Shown: positions 24,310 through 36,990 of the stretch, piece by piece
How positions within the stretch are numbered: position 1 is the first letter of the stretch
Layout of the letters: every line of letters begins with the position of its first letter
Origin: Mobula birostris
Lineage: Eukaryota
Direction: 5' to 3'
Assembly (NCBI RefSeq): GCF_030028105.1
Contig: NC_092374.1
Location: forward strand, 175,050,057 to 175,114,056
DNA length: 64,000 nt
The notes under the pieces: model-generated
What the model saw: only the letters and a program-made list of their open reading frames with translations
What the model was told of the DNA's origin: nothing
Database searches by the model: none
Translations under genes and position numbers: made by a program

Positions 24310-24660
24310 GATCTCTTAGCCACCTCACCCCCGGCCAATCATGCTCATCACTCCTTACCATCCTCACGACCAGCAATTTCAAACATTTTCTTTCATTCCC
24401 TCAACACAACCAGCAGCCTACACACGCATGTATCTCCTCGAGTTAATATTCGTCTCTTGTAAATTACTGCAGCTTTTAGACATTTCGCACCCGCTTCTTC
24501 TTTGCATATTTTCCATAAAAGGAAATAGCCTCTCTGACGACCCAGCTGCAATTTTAACACTGACCACGAGGTGTCACACCACCCCGCGGTTTTATTCAGC
24601 GGCTGCGGTACGTGTGAGTGGTGTCCGCGGCTCCTGTGCGCTCAGCCTCGCTGCCCGGCC
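24310..24660 (-). promoter_or_regulatory. snRNA-type promoter of U1 copy A
   Basis: PSE-like GGTCGTGAGGATGGTAAGGAG at -62..-42, octamer-like ATGCAAAG at 24507-24500, and CTCF-like GACACCTCGTGGTCA starting at 24575. Homologous to 42015-42364. Confidence 0.75.
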
Positions 24661-25794
24661 GCGTTCTGCTCGCCCAGACCGCCAGGTTCGTACTGCGAAC
24701 TCGCAGTCACGGCTGGGGCACCCTGGAGAAAAGCCGGGGTCTTGGAGTTTCTCCGTGTATTGAAGATTCAATGAGTTGCTGTTCTGGTCACCGGAAAGAA
24801 TGAATTCAGAGTCCCCACCGGGAAGTGAACATAATGTCGCAAAATTGTTGTGACCATCTAAAGCTGGGGGTTGAACCCGGTTAAGCATCGGGGCAGGCTT
24901 TGACTGCAGTGCCAGAGAAAACCAGATGGAAAACTATGATCTGGAACGGGTAATGGTGAACATTTGCCATGGCTTTGAGTCGTACACCTGATCAGGGAAG
25001 AGGCCGTGCTGCAGGATCGGTGCTGCGCTCCCAGCTCCTCGCAGTGGGAATCGATGTGATCCAAGCAGTCAGTGAGGGTACAAAGAGCTAAATATGGTCG
25101 CTGTGTTGTTCGTAATCAAGATAAACTCAGCTGCCGGGAAACGTTTCTTACAGGTGACGGCTGGGGTCAGCATCGCAGCAATATCACGGACTGAAATCCA
25201 ATCGAAAGACGTACCCAGCAGGTCCCTACCGCATCTCGGTCTCATCGCGCATGAAGTGCCACTAGTCTTCCACTGTTTGCTCAGTAACGTGTGCACCTTG
25301 TTATTTCTTAGTTCATTTATCGTAATATCACTTTATGTGTTGTGTGTGAGTTATCTGTACTGGTTGTGCACTTGAAAAAAAAAAATCTGCAGATGCTGGA
25401 AATCGGAGCAACACACACAAGATGCTGGAGGAACTCAGCAGGCCAGGCAGTATCTATGGAAAAGAGTACAGTCGGCGTTTCGGGCCCAGACCCTGCCGTC
25501 CTAGTCTGGGGCTGGAGTGCGGAGAGTGGGTGGGACAGGATCTGTGGGTGGGAGATCCCCTCCCGCTTTCCACCATTGTCTCAGATTTAGACTCTACTGC
25601 CTTGGGAAATTTGCCACCATCCACTACGCCCTGGTGATTTTATAAACAAGGTTATCACTCAGTCTCATTTGCTCTGGGGAAAAACAATCTCAGATCATCC
25701 GATCACCCCTAATAAATGAAACCACCATTCTCGGGAAATAAATCTTATCTGCACCTTTCCTGGTTTAACTCCTGGATGACCGGATGTGTACACA

Positions 25795-26527
25795 TGTCAT
25801 AAGGAGGTGGCTGGGAACGGACCCAAGTGCCAGACACAGACACTGAAGTACTAGGGACAGGACTAGGATACAAGGCAATGGCAAGGACATGGACAGGAAA
25901 ACCAGGAACCTGGAACAGGACTGAACAAGGGAACTAGGAGCCCGGGCATGGACTCCTAGCCAGAGACTGGACAATGATCCAGTACCTGGGTCTTGCCTCT
26001 GACTTGGACCCCAGAACTAGGCAAGGACGAGGCTTGGCAGGCAGGCAGGACGAGGCAGAAATCTACAGGTGAGGCTGGAGACTTGAGGCGAGGCTTGGCT
26101 CCTCCTGGGCAGGGCGTGGATCACCACCCGACAGAGGCAAGGGACAGGAAGGGACAGAACCAACCCCAGGTAACGGCGAGACAGCCTGGCTTACCTGGGC
26201 AGAGGCAAGGGACAGGAAAGGAGCTAGGAACAGGGTGGCTCCAGGACCAGACAGCAAGACAAGGCAAGGCTGCTGGCAATGCAAGGCGAGACAAGAACTT
26301 CAGGCAAGGAAACAAGGCAGGGGAAGGGATACAAGGAGTAAGGACAAGAGCAATACAGCAGCCACACCCTGGTCTCTGAAGGTATTTATGCAGCCAGCCC
26401 CAACGAGCATCAGCTGTTTCAATTAGCTCAACAAGAACAGAAACAGGGTAGATAGGAGAACCTGGAGCAAGGGTTGATGGACCGGACCGTGAACCGGAAT
26501 ATGGACTTCACGGACCGGACTATGACA
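25795..26527 (-). mobile_element. Solo LTR (733 bp)
   Basis: TGTCAT...ATGACA termini and 5-bp TSD ACACA (25790-25794, 26528-26532). Related to the LTR at 49973. Confidence 0.8.
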
Positions 26528-26760
26528 ACACATTAAACCAAAACTGGCCTCACCCACATCTTGTTCAACTGTAACATGACATCCCAACTCCAGCCGTCAA
26601 TATCCTGACCGAAGGCCATTGCTCTCCCCACCTGTGTCATCATTGTCAGAGAACTGTGCACAATACCACTCAGTTTCTCCATCGTACAGGAATCTCTATG
26701 GCCCTCCAATTCAGTGAACGCTCCCCTCTGTACATCCGCCACCTCCCACACCTAATTCTC

Positions 26761-28343
26761 CAGCATCCTCACAGACATCCATCACTCCCACACTCCAAAC
26801 TGTCCAGCATCCTCACACCGGGATGGACATCCATCACTCCCACACTCCAAACTGTCCAGCATCCTCACTCCGGGATGGACATCCATCACTCCCACACTCC
26901 AAACTGTCCAGCATCCTCACACCGGGATGGACATCCATCACTCCCACACTCCAAACTGTCCAGAATCCTCACTCCGGGATGGACATCCATCACTCCCACA
27001 CTCCAAACTGTCCAGAATCCTCACTCCGGGATGGACATCCATCACTCCCACACTCCAAACTGTCCAGAATCCTCACTCCGGGATGGACATCCATCATTCC
27101 CAGACTCCAAACTGTCCAGAATCCTCACTCCGGGATGGACATCCATCACTCCCACACTCCAAACTGACCAGAATCCTCACTCCGGGATGGACATCCATCA
27201 TTCCCAGACTCCAAACTGACCAGAATCCTCACTCTGGGATGGACATCCATCACTCCCACACTCCAAACTGACCAGAATCCTCACTCCGGGATGGACATCC
27301 ATCACTTCCACACTCCAAACTGTCCAGCATCCTCACACCGGGATGGACATCCATCACTCCCACACTCCAAACTGTCCAGAATCCTCACTCCGGGATGGAC
27401 ATCCATCACTCCCACACTCCAAACTGTCCAGAATCCTCACTCCGGGATGGACATCCATCACTCCCAGACTCCAAACTGTCCAGAATCCTCACTCCGGGAT
27501 GGACATCCATCATTCCCACACTCCAAACTGACCAGAATCCTCACTCCGGGATGGACATCCATCATTCCCAGACTCCAAACTGTCCAGAATCCTCACTCCG
27601 GGATGGACATCCATCACTCCCACACTCCAAACTGTCCAGAATCCTCACTCCGGGATGGACATCCATCACTCCCACACTCCAAACTGTCCAGAATCCTCAC
27701 TCCGGGATGGACATCCATCATTCCCAGACTCCAAACTGTCCAGCATCCTCACTCCGGGATGGACATCCATCACTCCCACACTCCAAACTGACCAGAATCC
27801 TCACTCCGGGATGGACATCCATCATTCCCACACTCCAAACTGTCCAGAATCCTCACTCCGGGATGGACATCCATCACTCCCACACTCCAAACTGTCCAGA
27901 ATCCTCACTCTGGGATGGACATCCATCACTCCCACACTCCAAACTGTCCAGAATCCTCACTCCGGGATGGACATCCATCACTCCCACACTCCAAACTGAC
28001 CAGAATCCTCACTCCGGGATGGACATCCATCATTCCCAGACTCCAAACTGTCCAGAATCCTCACTCTGGGATGGACATCCATCACTCCCACACTCCAAAC
28101 TGACCAGAATCCTCACTCCGGGATGGACATCCATCACTCCCACACTCCAAACTGTCCAGAATCCTCACTCCGGGATGGACATCCATCACTCCCACACTCC
28201 AAACTGACCAGAATCCTCACTCCGGGATGGACATCCATCATTCCCAGACTCCAAACTGTCCAGAATCCTCACTCTGGGATGGACATCCATCACTCCCACA
28301 CTCCAAACTGACCAGAATCCTCACTCCGGGATGGACATCCATC
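26761..28343. repeat. 52-bp minisatellite, about 30 copies
   Basis: Unit cctcactccgggatggacatccatcactcccacactccaaactgtccagaat, embedded in the 3' part of a Rex-type LINE. Confidence 0.97.
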
Positions 28344-28527
28344 TCTGCCATCAGATTTCTGAACGGACAGCGAACCCAGATACACTACCTCACTACTTCT
28401 GTTCCAACAAGAGTGAATCTGCAGATGCTGGAAAGCCCAGCAACACACACAAAATGCTGGAGGAACTCAGCAGGCCAGGCAGCATCTGTGGAAAAGAGTG
28501 GACAGTCGGTTTTTCGTCTGTATATAA

Positions 28528-28720
28528 GGGGCCAGCCAGTGGTTTAGTGGCATCAGCACTGGACTTTGAGATGGATAGTCCTGAGTCTGAATCCAGCCAG
28601 ATCCCAAACCTGGGCAGCAGTGTCTGTGTGGAAGAAAGACTTGACAATATACAGTACACAGTTACAATCAGAAATGCAGTGCACTGCCTTGGTAAGTAGC
28701 AGGGCCAGTACTTGTTCACT
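28528..28720 (+). mobile_element. tRNA-derived SINE head
   Basis: A-box-like gtggtttagtgg and B-box-like gagtctgaatcc. Confidence 0.45.
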
Positions 28721-28859
28721 CAGATCTCTACTGGCTGTGAACAGTGGGCTGGTGCTACTGAGTGTCTGCTCACCAGCTCTTGTTAATGTGGAAACACAAC
28801 CCTCCCACAGCTTTAGAAAGAGTCGTTACGACACACGCACACACACACACACACACACA

Positions 28860-31800
28860 AGGTATGAACCCACGACCCACGGTATGACAGGAAAGATACT
28901 AGCATTGGTGGAATATTGGCTGACTGGCAGGAAACTAAGGAGGCCACTTCTGGTTGACTGCCAATGACTAGTGACGTTCTGCGGGGGTCGTTGTTGGGAC
29001 CGTTTCTTTCCATATTATATATCAATGATTTGCATGATGGAATTGAAGGCTCTGTGGCCGGGTTTGCGGATGATATGAAGATAGGTAGAGGGCAGGTAGA
29101 GTTGAGGAAGCAGAGTGTCTGCAGAAGGACTTAGGAAGATAAAGAGATTGGACAAAGAAGTGGAAGGTGGAACAGAGTGAAGGGAAATGTATGGTTATGC
29201 ACTTTGATAGAGGAATGAAAACAAAGGCTATTTCAAAACAGGGAGAAAAGTTCAGCAACCAGAGGTGAAAAAGCACTTGGGATTCCTTGTGCGGCATTCC
29301 CTAAACATTAACTTGTGGGTTGAGTCGGTGGTGAGGAGGGCCAGTGGAATGTTGGCATTCATTTCGAGAGGACTAGGGTGTAAAAACAAGGATGAAATGC
29401 CGAGACTTTGTAAAGCACTGGTCAGATCGCACATGGAGCATTGGGAGCACTTTTATAGACAATAGACAATGGACAATAGGTGCAGGAGTAGGCCATTCGG
29501 CCCTTCGAGCCAGCACCGCCATTCACTGTGATCATGGCTGATCATCCACAATCAGTATCCAGTTCCTGCCTTATCCCCATAACCTTTGATTCCGCTATCT
29601 TTAAGAGCTCTATCCATCTCTTTCTTGAAAGCATCCAGAGACTTGGCCTTCACAGCCTTCTGGGGCAGAGCATTCCATACATCCACCACTCTCTGGGTGA
29701 AAAAGTTTTTCCTCAACTCTGTTCTAAATGGCCTACCCCTAATTCTTAAACTGTGGCCTCTGGTTCTGGGCTCACCCGTCAGCGGGAACATGCTTCCTGC
29801 CTCCAGCGTGTCCAATCCCTTAATAATCTTATACGTTTCAATAAGATCCCCTCTCTGCCTTCTAAATTCCAGAGTATACAAGCCCAGTCACTCCAATCTT
29901 TCGACATATGACAGTCCCACCATCCCAGGAATTAACCTTGTGTACCTACGCTGCACGCCCTCAATAGCAAGAATGTCCTTCCTCAGATTTGGAGACCAAA
30001 ACTGCACACAGTACTCCAGGTGTGGTCTCACCAGGGCCCTGTACAGCTGCAGAAGGACCTCTTTGCCCTTATACTCAATATGAAGGCCAGCATGCCATTA
30101 GCTTTCTTCACTGCCTGCTGTACTTGCATGCTTACTTTCAGTGACTAATGTACAAGAACACCTAGATCTCGTTGTGTTTCCCCTTTTCCTAACTTGACTC
30201 CATTTAGATAATAATCTGCCTTCCCGTTCTTACCACCAAAGTGGATAACCTCACATTTATCCACATTAAACTGCATCTGCCCACTCACCCAGCCTGTCCA
30301 AGTCACCCTGCATTCTCATAACATCCTCCTCACATTTCACACTGCCACCCAGCTTTGTGTCATCGGCAAATTTGCTAATGTTACTTTTAATTCCTTCATC
30401 TAAATCATTAATATATATTGTAAACAGCTGCGGTCTCAGCACTGAACCCTGTGGTACCCCACTAGTCACCGCCTGCCATTCTGAAAGGGACCCGTTAATC
30501 GCTACTCTTTGTTTTCTGTCAGTCAGCCAATTTTCAATCCATGTCAGTACTCTGCCCCCAATACCATGTGCCCTAATTTTGCTCACTAATCTCTATGTGG
30601 GACTTTTATAAAGGCTTTCTGAAAGTCCAGGTACACTACATCCACTGGCTCTCCATTGTCTATTTTCATAGTTACATCCTCAAAAAATTCCAGAAGATTA
30701 GTCAAGCACGATTTCCCCTTTGTAAATCCATGCGGACTCGGACCAATCCTGTTACTACTATCCAAATGTGTCGTAATTTCATCTTTTATAATTGACTCCA
30801 GCATCTTTCCCACCACCGACGTCAGGATAACTGATCTATAATTCCCTGTTTCCTCTCTTCCTCCCTTCTCGAAGAGAGGGACAACATTAGCCACCCTCCA
30901 GTCCACAGGAACCGATCCTGAATCTATAGAACATCAGAAAATGATTACCAATGCGTCCACGATTTCTAAAGTCACCTCCTTAAGTACTCTGGGATGCAGA
31001 CCATCAGGTCCCAGGGACTTATCAGCCTTCAGACCCAACAGCCTATCCAACACCATTTCCTGCCTAATATAAATTTCCTTCAGTTCCTCAGTTACCCCAG
31101 GTCCTTTGGCCACTATTATATCTGAGAGATTGTTTGTGTCTTTCCTAGTGAAGACAGATCCAAAGTACCTGTTCAACTCGTCTGCCATTTCCTTGTTCCC
31201 CATAATAAATTCACCTGCTTCTGTCTTCAAGGGCCCAATTTTGGTCTTAACTATTTTTTTCCTTTTCACGTACCAAAAGAAGCTTTTACTATCCTCCTTT
31301 ATATTCTTGGTTAGTTTACCTTCGTACCTCATTTTTTCTCCGCGTATTGCCTTTTTAATTACCTTCTGTTGCTCTTTTAAAGTTTCCCAATCCTCCGGCT
31401 TCCCACTCGTCTTTGCTATGTTATACTTCTCTTTTATTTTTATATTGTCCATTACTTCCCTCGTCAGCCACAGCCTCCCCTTACTCCCCTTAGGATTCTT
31501 CTTCCTCTTTGGAACGAACAGATCCTGCACCTTCCGCATTATTCCCAGAAACACTTGCCATTGCTGTTCCACTGTCATCCCTGCTAGAGTATTGTTCCAT
31601 TGAACTTTGGCCAGCTCCTCCCTCATAGCAACATAGTTCCCTTTGTTCAACTGTAAGACTGACACTTCCGAGTTTCCCTTCTCCCTCTCAAACTGTAGAT
31701 CGAAGCTTATCATATGATGGTCACTTTTGGGCCCATTATCTACGAAAAGAAGTAATCACATTGGAGAGGGTCCAGCGGAGGTTTGTGAGAATGATTCTGG

Positions 31801-31990
31801 GAATGAAACGGTTAATGTATGAGGAGCACTTGATGGCTGTGGGCCTGTACTCACCGGAGCTTAGAAGAATGAGGGGAGATCTCACTGAACACTTTCAAAT
31901 CCTGAAAGGCCTACTAGAGTGGATGTGAAGAGGATGTTTCCTTTAGTGATGGAGTCTAGGACCAGAGGGCACAGCCTCAGAATGGATGGA
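28860..31990. mobile_element. CR1 (+; 28860-29454 and 31722-31990) interrupted by a second CR1 (-; 29455-31721)
   Basis: The + copy reads through the junction gagcactttt|gggccc. The inserted copy has a (tagacaa)n tail at 29456 and RT peptides DWRVANVVPLF..GKSCLTNLLEFF and SGVPQGSVL. CACTTTT is duplicated at both ends. Confidence 0.85.
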
Positions 31991-32979
31991 CATCAGATTT
32001 CACAGTTCAAAGTAAATTTACTGAAGTACGTATATGTCAGCATATGCAACCCTCAGAATCATTTGCGGACATTTGCAGTAATAAGACCATAAGACACAGG
32101 AGCAGAATTAGGACATCTCACCCGTCGAGTCTGATCCACCATTCAATCATGACTGATCCCGTTCTTTCCTCAACCCCAGTTCCCGGCCTTCTCCCTGTAA
32201 CCTTTGAAGCCGTGTCCAATCAAGAACCCATCAATTTCCGCTTTAAAGACACCCAAGGACCTGGCCTCTTCCCGGTAATTACAAGCAGGAAAATGGCATC
32301 AGTGAAATGCCAGTCGCAATTGGAGAGACAAGCAAGCAACGTGCAAACGACAACGTACTGTCCAAATACAAAATGAGAAAAAAGAACAAAGTTACAGTAG
32401 TAAATAATCATAAATATCGATAAAATGAGTTGTGGGGTCCCTTAAAGTGAGTCCATTGATTGTGGGAGCAGTTCAGTGATAAGATGAGTGAAAGTATTCC
32501 CACTGGTTCAAGAGCTTGATGGTTGAGGGGCAATAACTGTTCCTGAATCTGGTGGTGTGGGTCCTAAGGCTCCTGTACATTCTTCCTGATAGCAGCACGA
32601 GAGGACGGCATGACTGGGTGGAGGCCTCGATGACGGACTTTGTGTAGATGTGCTCAGTGACCGAGAGGGCTTTACCCGTAATAGACCGGTCTGTAACCAC
32701 CACTTTCTGTAGACCTTTCCATTCAAGGGCATTGTCCCTTTAGAACAGAGATGAGGAGGAATTTCTTTAGACAGAGAGTGATTCTGCGGAACTCAATACC
32801 ACAGACAGCTGTGGAGGCCAAGTCATTTAAAGTGTAAGGGTGTCAAAGGTTATGGAGCAAAGGCAGGAGAGAGGGGTTGAGAAGGATAATAAATCAGCCA
32901 CAATGGAAAGGCAGCGCAGAGTCGATGGGCTGAATGGCCTAATTCTGCTCCAATGGCTTATGGTCGTTAAACGGCGAAC

Positions 32980-33320
32980 AGAACGAGGCTGGGTTGAGGG
33001 CGGATAAGATCTCCGACCGGATCCCAGTCACATGCTTAAAGAAAACCCGGGGCGCCCTGACGCCTAGTGGGCAGCATCAGAAGTGCAGGTAGCATCGTCG
33101 GAGAGCTGCATCCTATTAGGGGAAGATATGCAAATACAAGTAAATTTCGACTCGTTAAAAGACAGTCGTCAGTCACAAGAAAGGAAAGTTAAAGCTTTCA
33201 GGAATATTTGTGTTTAAACTAGTTCCAGTAAGAAGAATCCATGGACGTTTTGCAACTACAGCTCCTGTTGATATTAAGGTGTGATGCATTCGATTGGAAG
33301 AGAGAGCTGTCAAGGTTCCG
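32980..33320 (+). promoter_or_regulatory. Orphan snRNA-type promoter cassette, paralogous to the U1 promoters, with no U1 downstream
   Basis: GACGCCTAGTGGGCA at 33059, perfect octamer ATGCAAAT at 33128-33135, PSE-like GCTCCTGTTGATATTAAGGTG at 33261-33281 and GATTGG at about 33292. Order and spacing match the U1 upstream regions. Confidence 0.65.
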
Positions 33321-33332
33321 AGAAAGGAGAGT

Positions 33333-33722
33333 GGGAAGATCCGGCGGTGCTGATGTTTCTCGGCGGACCAGGCGTTCTTAACGTGACAGTGGACGGGGAC
33401 GGCTTCGCGCTGTGTTGTGGAGGAACTTGGGTTTTGATGCGATTCCCAGTTCTCCGGCGTTGCTATTAGAGAGCGGCTCTACCTACTGTTCTTATTAGGG
33501 CAGAGTGAACGAATATGGCGGGGAAGATCTGGTGCGGATGCGGTTCCCAGCGCTCAGGCGTTCTTGTTAGAGCGCGGCTATACCAACTGTTCTTATTAGG
33601 GCAGAGAGAACGATGATGGCGAGGAAAGTCTGGTGCTGATGCGATTCCCAGCGCTCAGGCGTTCTTGTTAGAGCGCGGCTATACCAACTGTCCTTACTAG
33701 GGCAGAGAAAACGAAGGCAGGG
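33333..33722 (+). repeat. 101-bp tandem repeat, three good copies plus one diverged 5' copy
   Basis: Anchor c(a/c)ggcgtt at 33369, 33454, 33555 and 33656. The unit includes gtgctgatgcgattcccagcgctcaggcgttcttgttagagcgcggctataccaactgttcttattagggcagag. Confidence 0.85.
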
Positions 33723-33884
33723 AACACGATCTCCAGCTGATGCAGGCGTGGATCCTGGACTTCCTCCACCAACGGCAATGGAAAAGAAGATGGCGAGGCA
33801 GAGCCGTGATCGGTGAAGAAGGCTGGGGAGATCAGCGCTTCGACTTGTGGGGCTGGAAATCAAGAACGCCGTCAGATTGTGTCC

Positions 33885-34790
33885 GTGGTTAGAAGGCGGC
33901 ACCCTGGGCAACGGGGGGAAAATGTCTCCAATGTCGCTCTCACCCTGAGGGTCGGCTTCATATGTGCCTGCATCAGGTTGTGTGTGGATCCCGAATTCCC
34001 CCCCCCCAATAAAATATACTTTATTCAGAAGGATTCGAAGTAAAATTCTTTGCAAAAACCATTAGTTGATTCCTTGTCTGTTTGTGACCTCCGATTAGTT
34101 AGCGCAAACGGTGCATTACAGCGGCATTTTTTTTTAGGGCTAAATCGGCTTAAAATGCGCTAATTTACAGAACGCCAGCAGCTGCGTTGCCGAGGACTGT
34201 TCCCGGGGACGCACACGGAGACCAACATCCGGTGCTGCTGGCAGATCATCAATTCGGTGAAAGACGCGCTTTGGTCGGCCCGAAACTTGGTGGTCTGCCA
34301 GCACACGGAGATGTCCGTGACTGAATGCTGCCGACTGGCTCACTCTCGCCTGCAGGAGTACGTGCTGAGGGATGCACTCAAGCTTGGTGCGGCCACTGCG
34401 AAGGCCCGTTGGGGAAGGACCACAGTTCATCACCCGTGGGAGTGGGGGGGGGGTCGGGTGGGGAGGAGACCTACCCTCATCAGCGGTGTGGACAGATAAT
34501 CAACATGGTGCCCCAGGATTGGGTGGAATTGTTAATTTGTTAAAAGAATTAGGGCCAACGCCTGCCTTTATTGTTGATAATTTTATTGTAAAGTCTTAAC
34601 TCTTGACCAAGGGTTGAGAGTAAACGAACGATTTATTGTAAACATCTTTTATTTGTATATGAACAGAGTCAACGCATAAGTTGATTGTAAATAACTTTAT
34701 TGAATAAGGACTCAGGGTCAACGAATGTTCTTTTATATGTATATAACTTTATTTTGTAATACTTCTGGATAAAGTATTTTTGGAGAAAAA
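33885..34790. mobile_element. Cluster of Tx1 ORF2 C-terminal/3' UTR fragments on both strands
   Basis: NVALTLRVGFICACIRLCVDP (+, about 33930), KDALWSARNLVVCQHTEMSVTECCRLAHSRLQEYVLRDALKLG (+, 34257), an overlapping minus-strand tail at 34010-34300, and polyA at about 34780. Confidence 0.8.
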
Positions 34791-35439
34791 AATATTTAAA
34801 AAATTACAGAATACAGGCAAAGTTCAGGGTTATATATTAGTATAAATTGCTCATTCGCCAAAATCAACCTTTACTCGAGAGCCGATCCGCCATCATGGAA
34901 ATCGGTACGCGACACCACGACCCACGAGCGCGGCCAGCCTCAGCGACAGCAAGCGGAGCAAAAGGGCAGGGCAGCTCTGTTTTGACTCTTTCAAAGGGTG
35001 CCCCACGGGTCACCTCGTTGTCTAGTTCAAAATAAAGATGTTGCAATAAATTATCCCGTGATTCTCAAACCCTAATCAGGAATAAAACCTATTTACAATA
35101 CAACCAGGCGTTGACTTGCTTTCCTTTACCGTCTATACCTTTCCAGCCACTCCTGTGGCACTATGTTGATTCATCTATGCACACCGCTGATGAGCGGTGT
35201 ACTCCTCACCGCCCGACCCCTCCCACTCCCGCGGGTGACGAACCCTAAACTGGCCCTTCCCCAACGGCCTTGGTACACAATATGCTGGTGGAAGGCAGCA
35301 GGCCGGGCGGCATCTATGGGAAGAGTCGACGTTTCGGGCCGAGACCCTTCATAATGGATTGCTGTGGGTCAAGGCGGAGGATTTCGCCGGTTACAATGAC
35401 GTCACATGCCGCAGGCCGGCAGAAATTACAATATTTACG

Positions 35440-36990
35440 CGAGGCGCCGCTGTCGCACAGCCCCTCTTCGCCGACGCAACGCAGCAAGAAGGAACGGTAA
35501 CGGTACAAATGTTTAACCCCTACATACCAGTCGTTCACGTCCTCACATTCCTGGCGCTGTATGTGGGCAAATGTGTGGATGTCAACGACAATCCAGGAAT
35601 ATGGAGCAGCAAAAGGCAGGTCAGGGTGAAGCTGAGGGTGGATGCCAGCGGCTGTCATCCACCCAGCCTCAGTCCTCGCAATCGGAGGCAACCAGGGCTT
35701 CCTGGTTTATGCCGGGCAATCCAAGGTGTGACGCAACTGCGGCAAGGCGGGGCACATCGCATCCCAGCGCAAGGCTGTGGTGTGTAGGAAGCTCGCCAAG
35801 GACTGTACGCAGGCCAGGTCCTGCAACCTCTGCGGGCAGGCGGGCCACCTGTACAGGGCCTGTCCGAAACGTGCGGGATCCTACGTACAGCTGTCCAGGG
35901 GAGGTGATGCCATCGAAGAGGCTCCGGCTGGTTTGGAGGTTCCCGTCACCTCTGAAGAGGCGCCTCCAGAAACAACGGAGGAAGACGCATCCACCCTGAG
36001 CCCCCCCCCCTTGCAGAACACCCGGGACCCACTGCTTGACGAGGAGGGGTCATGGGGTGGGGGGAGAACTGAGGGGGGAAGAAAGAGCATGGAACGTGGT
36101 TGCCAACCGCAAAATGGCCTAGAAGGCTCCGCCAAAAAGGCAGTCGACGGAGAAAGGGCAGTGGAATCTAAAGCATCCTTTGGTCACCTGTCGAACTCGG
36201 AGGAGGAAGGCGGTAGGCGGCAGAGGAAGAGGTGGGCAAGAGTCGAGAGAACGGTGAAAGTCTGCCTGCCACTCCCCAAATACAGGAGATGGAGATCAGC
36301 AGAGCCCCTCAGCTCCGCTCCGGGAAACCGGGAGCAGTAGCGCATCTGGCGGCCCGCAGCCAGAAGGAGAGGCAGCCCCGGGAGACCCTCCACGTTCAGA
36401 GCCGGCGCTGCCTCCCCACAGTACCTGAACCCACAGCAGGTGGAAAGACTTCACCAAGGCCGTGGGCATGAGGACTCAGGACTGCGAGGGGGAGGACGAG
36501 GGTCTGTAAAGGATGACGACCTTAAGCTAACATCCTTAAACGTTCTCATTTGCGTCAGTACTTGAACACTGAATGCCGACGTGAGCTTCCTCCAACAGTG
36601 CGGCCTGCAGCACCTCCGCTACTACCGGAGGTGGTCCCAGGGTTTGTCGGTGTGGTCGGGGGACAATGATTGTCGGGCCTCCGACCTGGGGATTCTGCTG
36701 CGGGGAGGCAACTTCTCAATCACCCAAGTTAAAGAGGTGGTTGCGGGGCGCCTCCTGGTAGCAGGCGTCAAATACCGGGGCACTCCGCTCCGGCTGATCA
36801 ACGTGTACGCCTCCCCCGTGCGGAGCGAGCGGCGGGCCGACCTCGAGCGGCTCCCACAGCTGCTGGTGACCGTCCCGGCCGGTCGCTCTGGCCGGAGACT
36901 TCATTGATGCGGCTGGACGGTACCTGTAGGCTCCTGAGGGAAACGGTGAAGACAGCCAAGCTGCGCAACGCCTTTGGCACCCCAAGCCAC
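35440..36990 (+). mobile_element. Tx1-clade LINE 5' part: ORF1 (gag-like with CCHC knuckles) and the start of the ORF2 endonuclease, frameshifted
   Basis: VTVQMFNPY..GIWSSKRQVRV, CNLCGQAGHLYRACP, and EN motifs GRLLVAGV..LRLINVYASP. Confidence 0.85.

Noticed and set aside
28528-28610. Additional tRNA genes at SINE heads (also about 52760-52834)
   Set aside because: No cloverleaf or anticodon arm, and they continue into SINE body sequence.
26656-28699. Many overlapping MDIHHSHTPN.. ORFs
   Set aside because: These are translations of the 52-bp minisatellite. The unit is not a multiple of three, and there is no coding signal.
33333-33722. CRISPR array or U3/box C/D snoRNA interpretation of the 101-bp repeat
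   Set aside because: The units are contiguous with no unique spacers, in vertebrate DNA with no cas genes. The U3-like words occur only on the opposite strand, with no A/A' boxes or terminal stem.
33567-34055. 162-aa minus-strand ORF
   Set aside because: It spans a Tx1 fragment and the repeat array, and has no recognisable domain.
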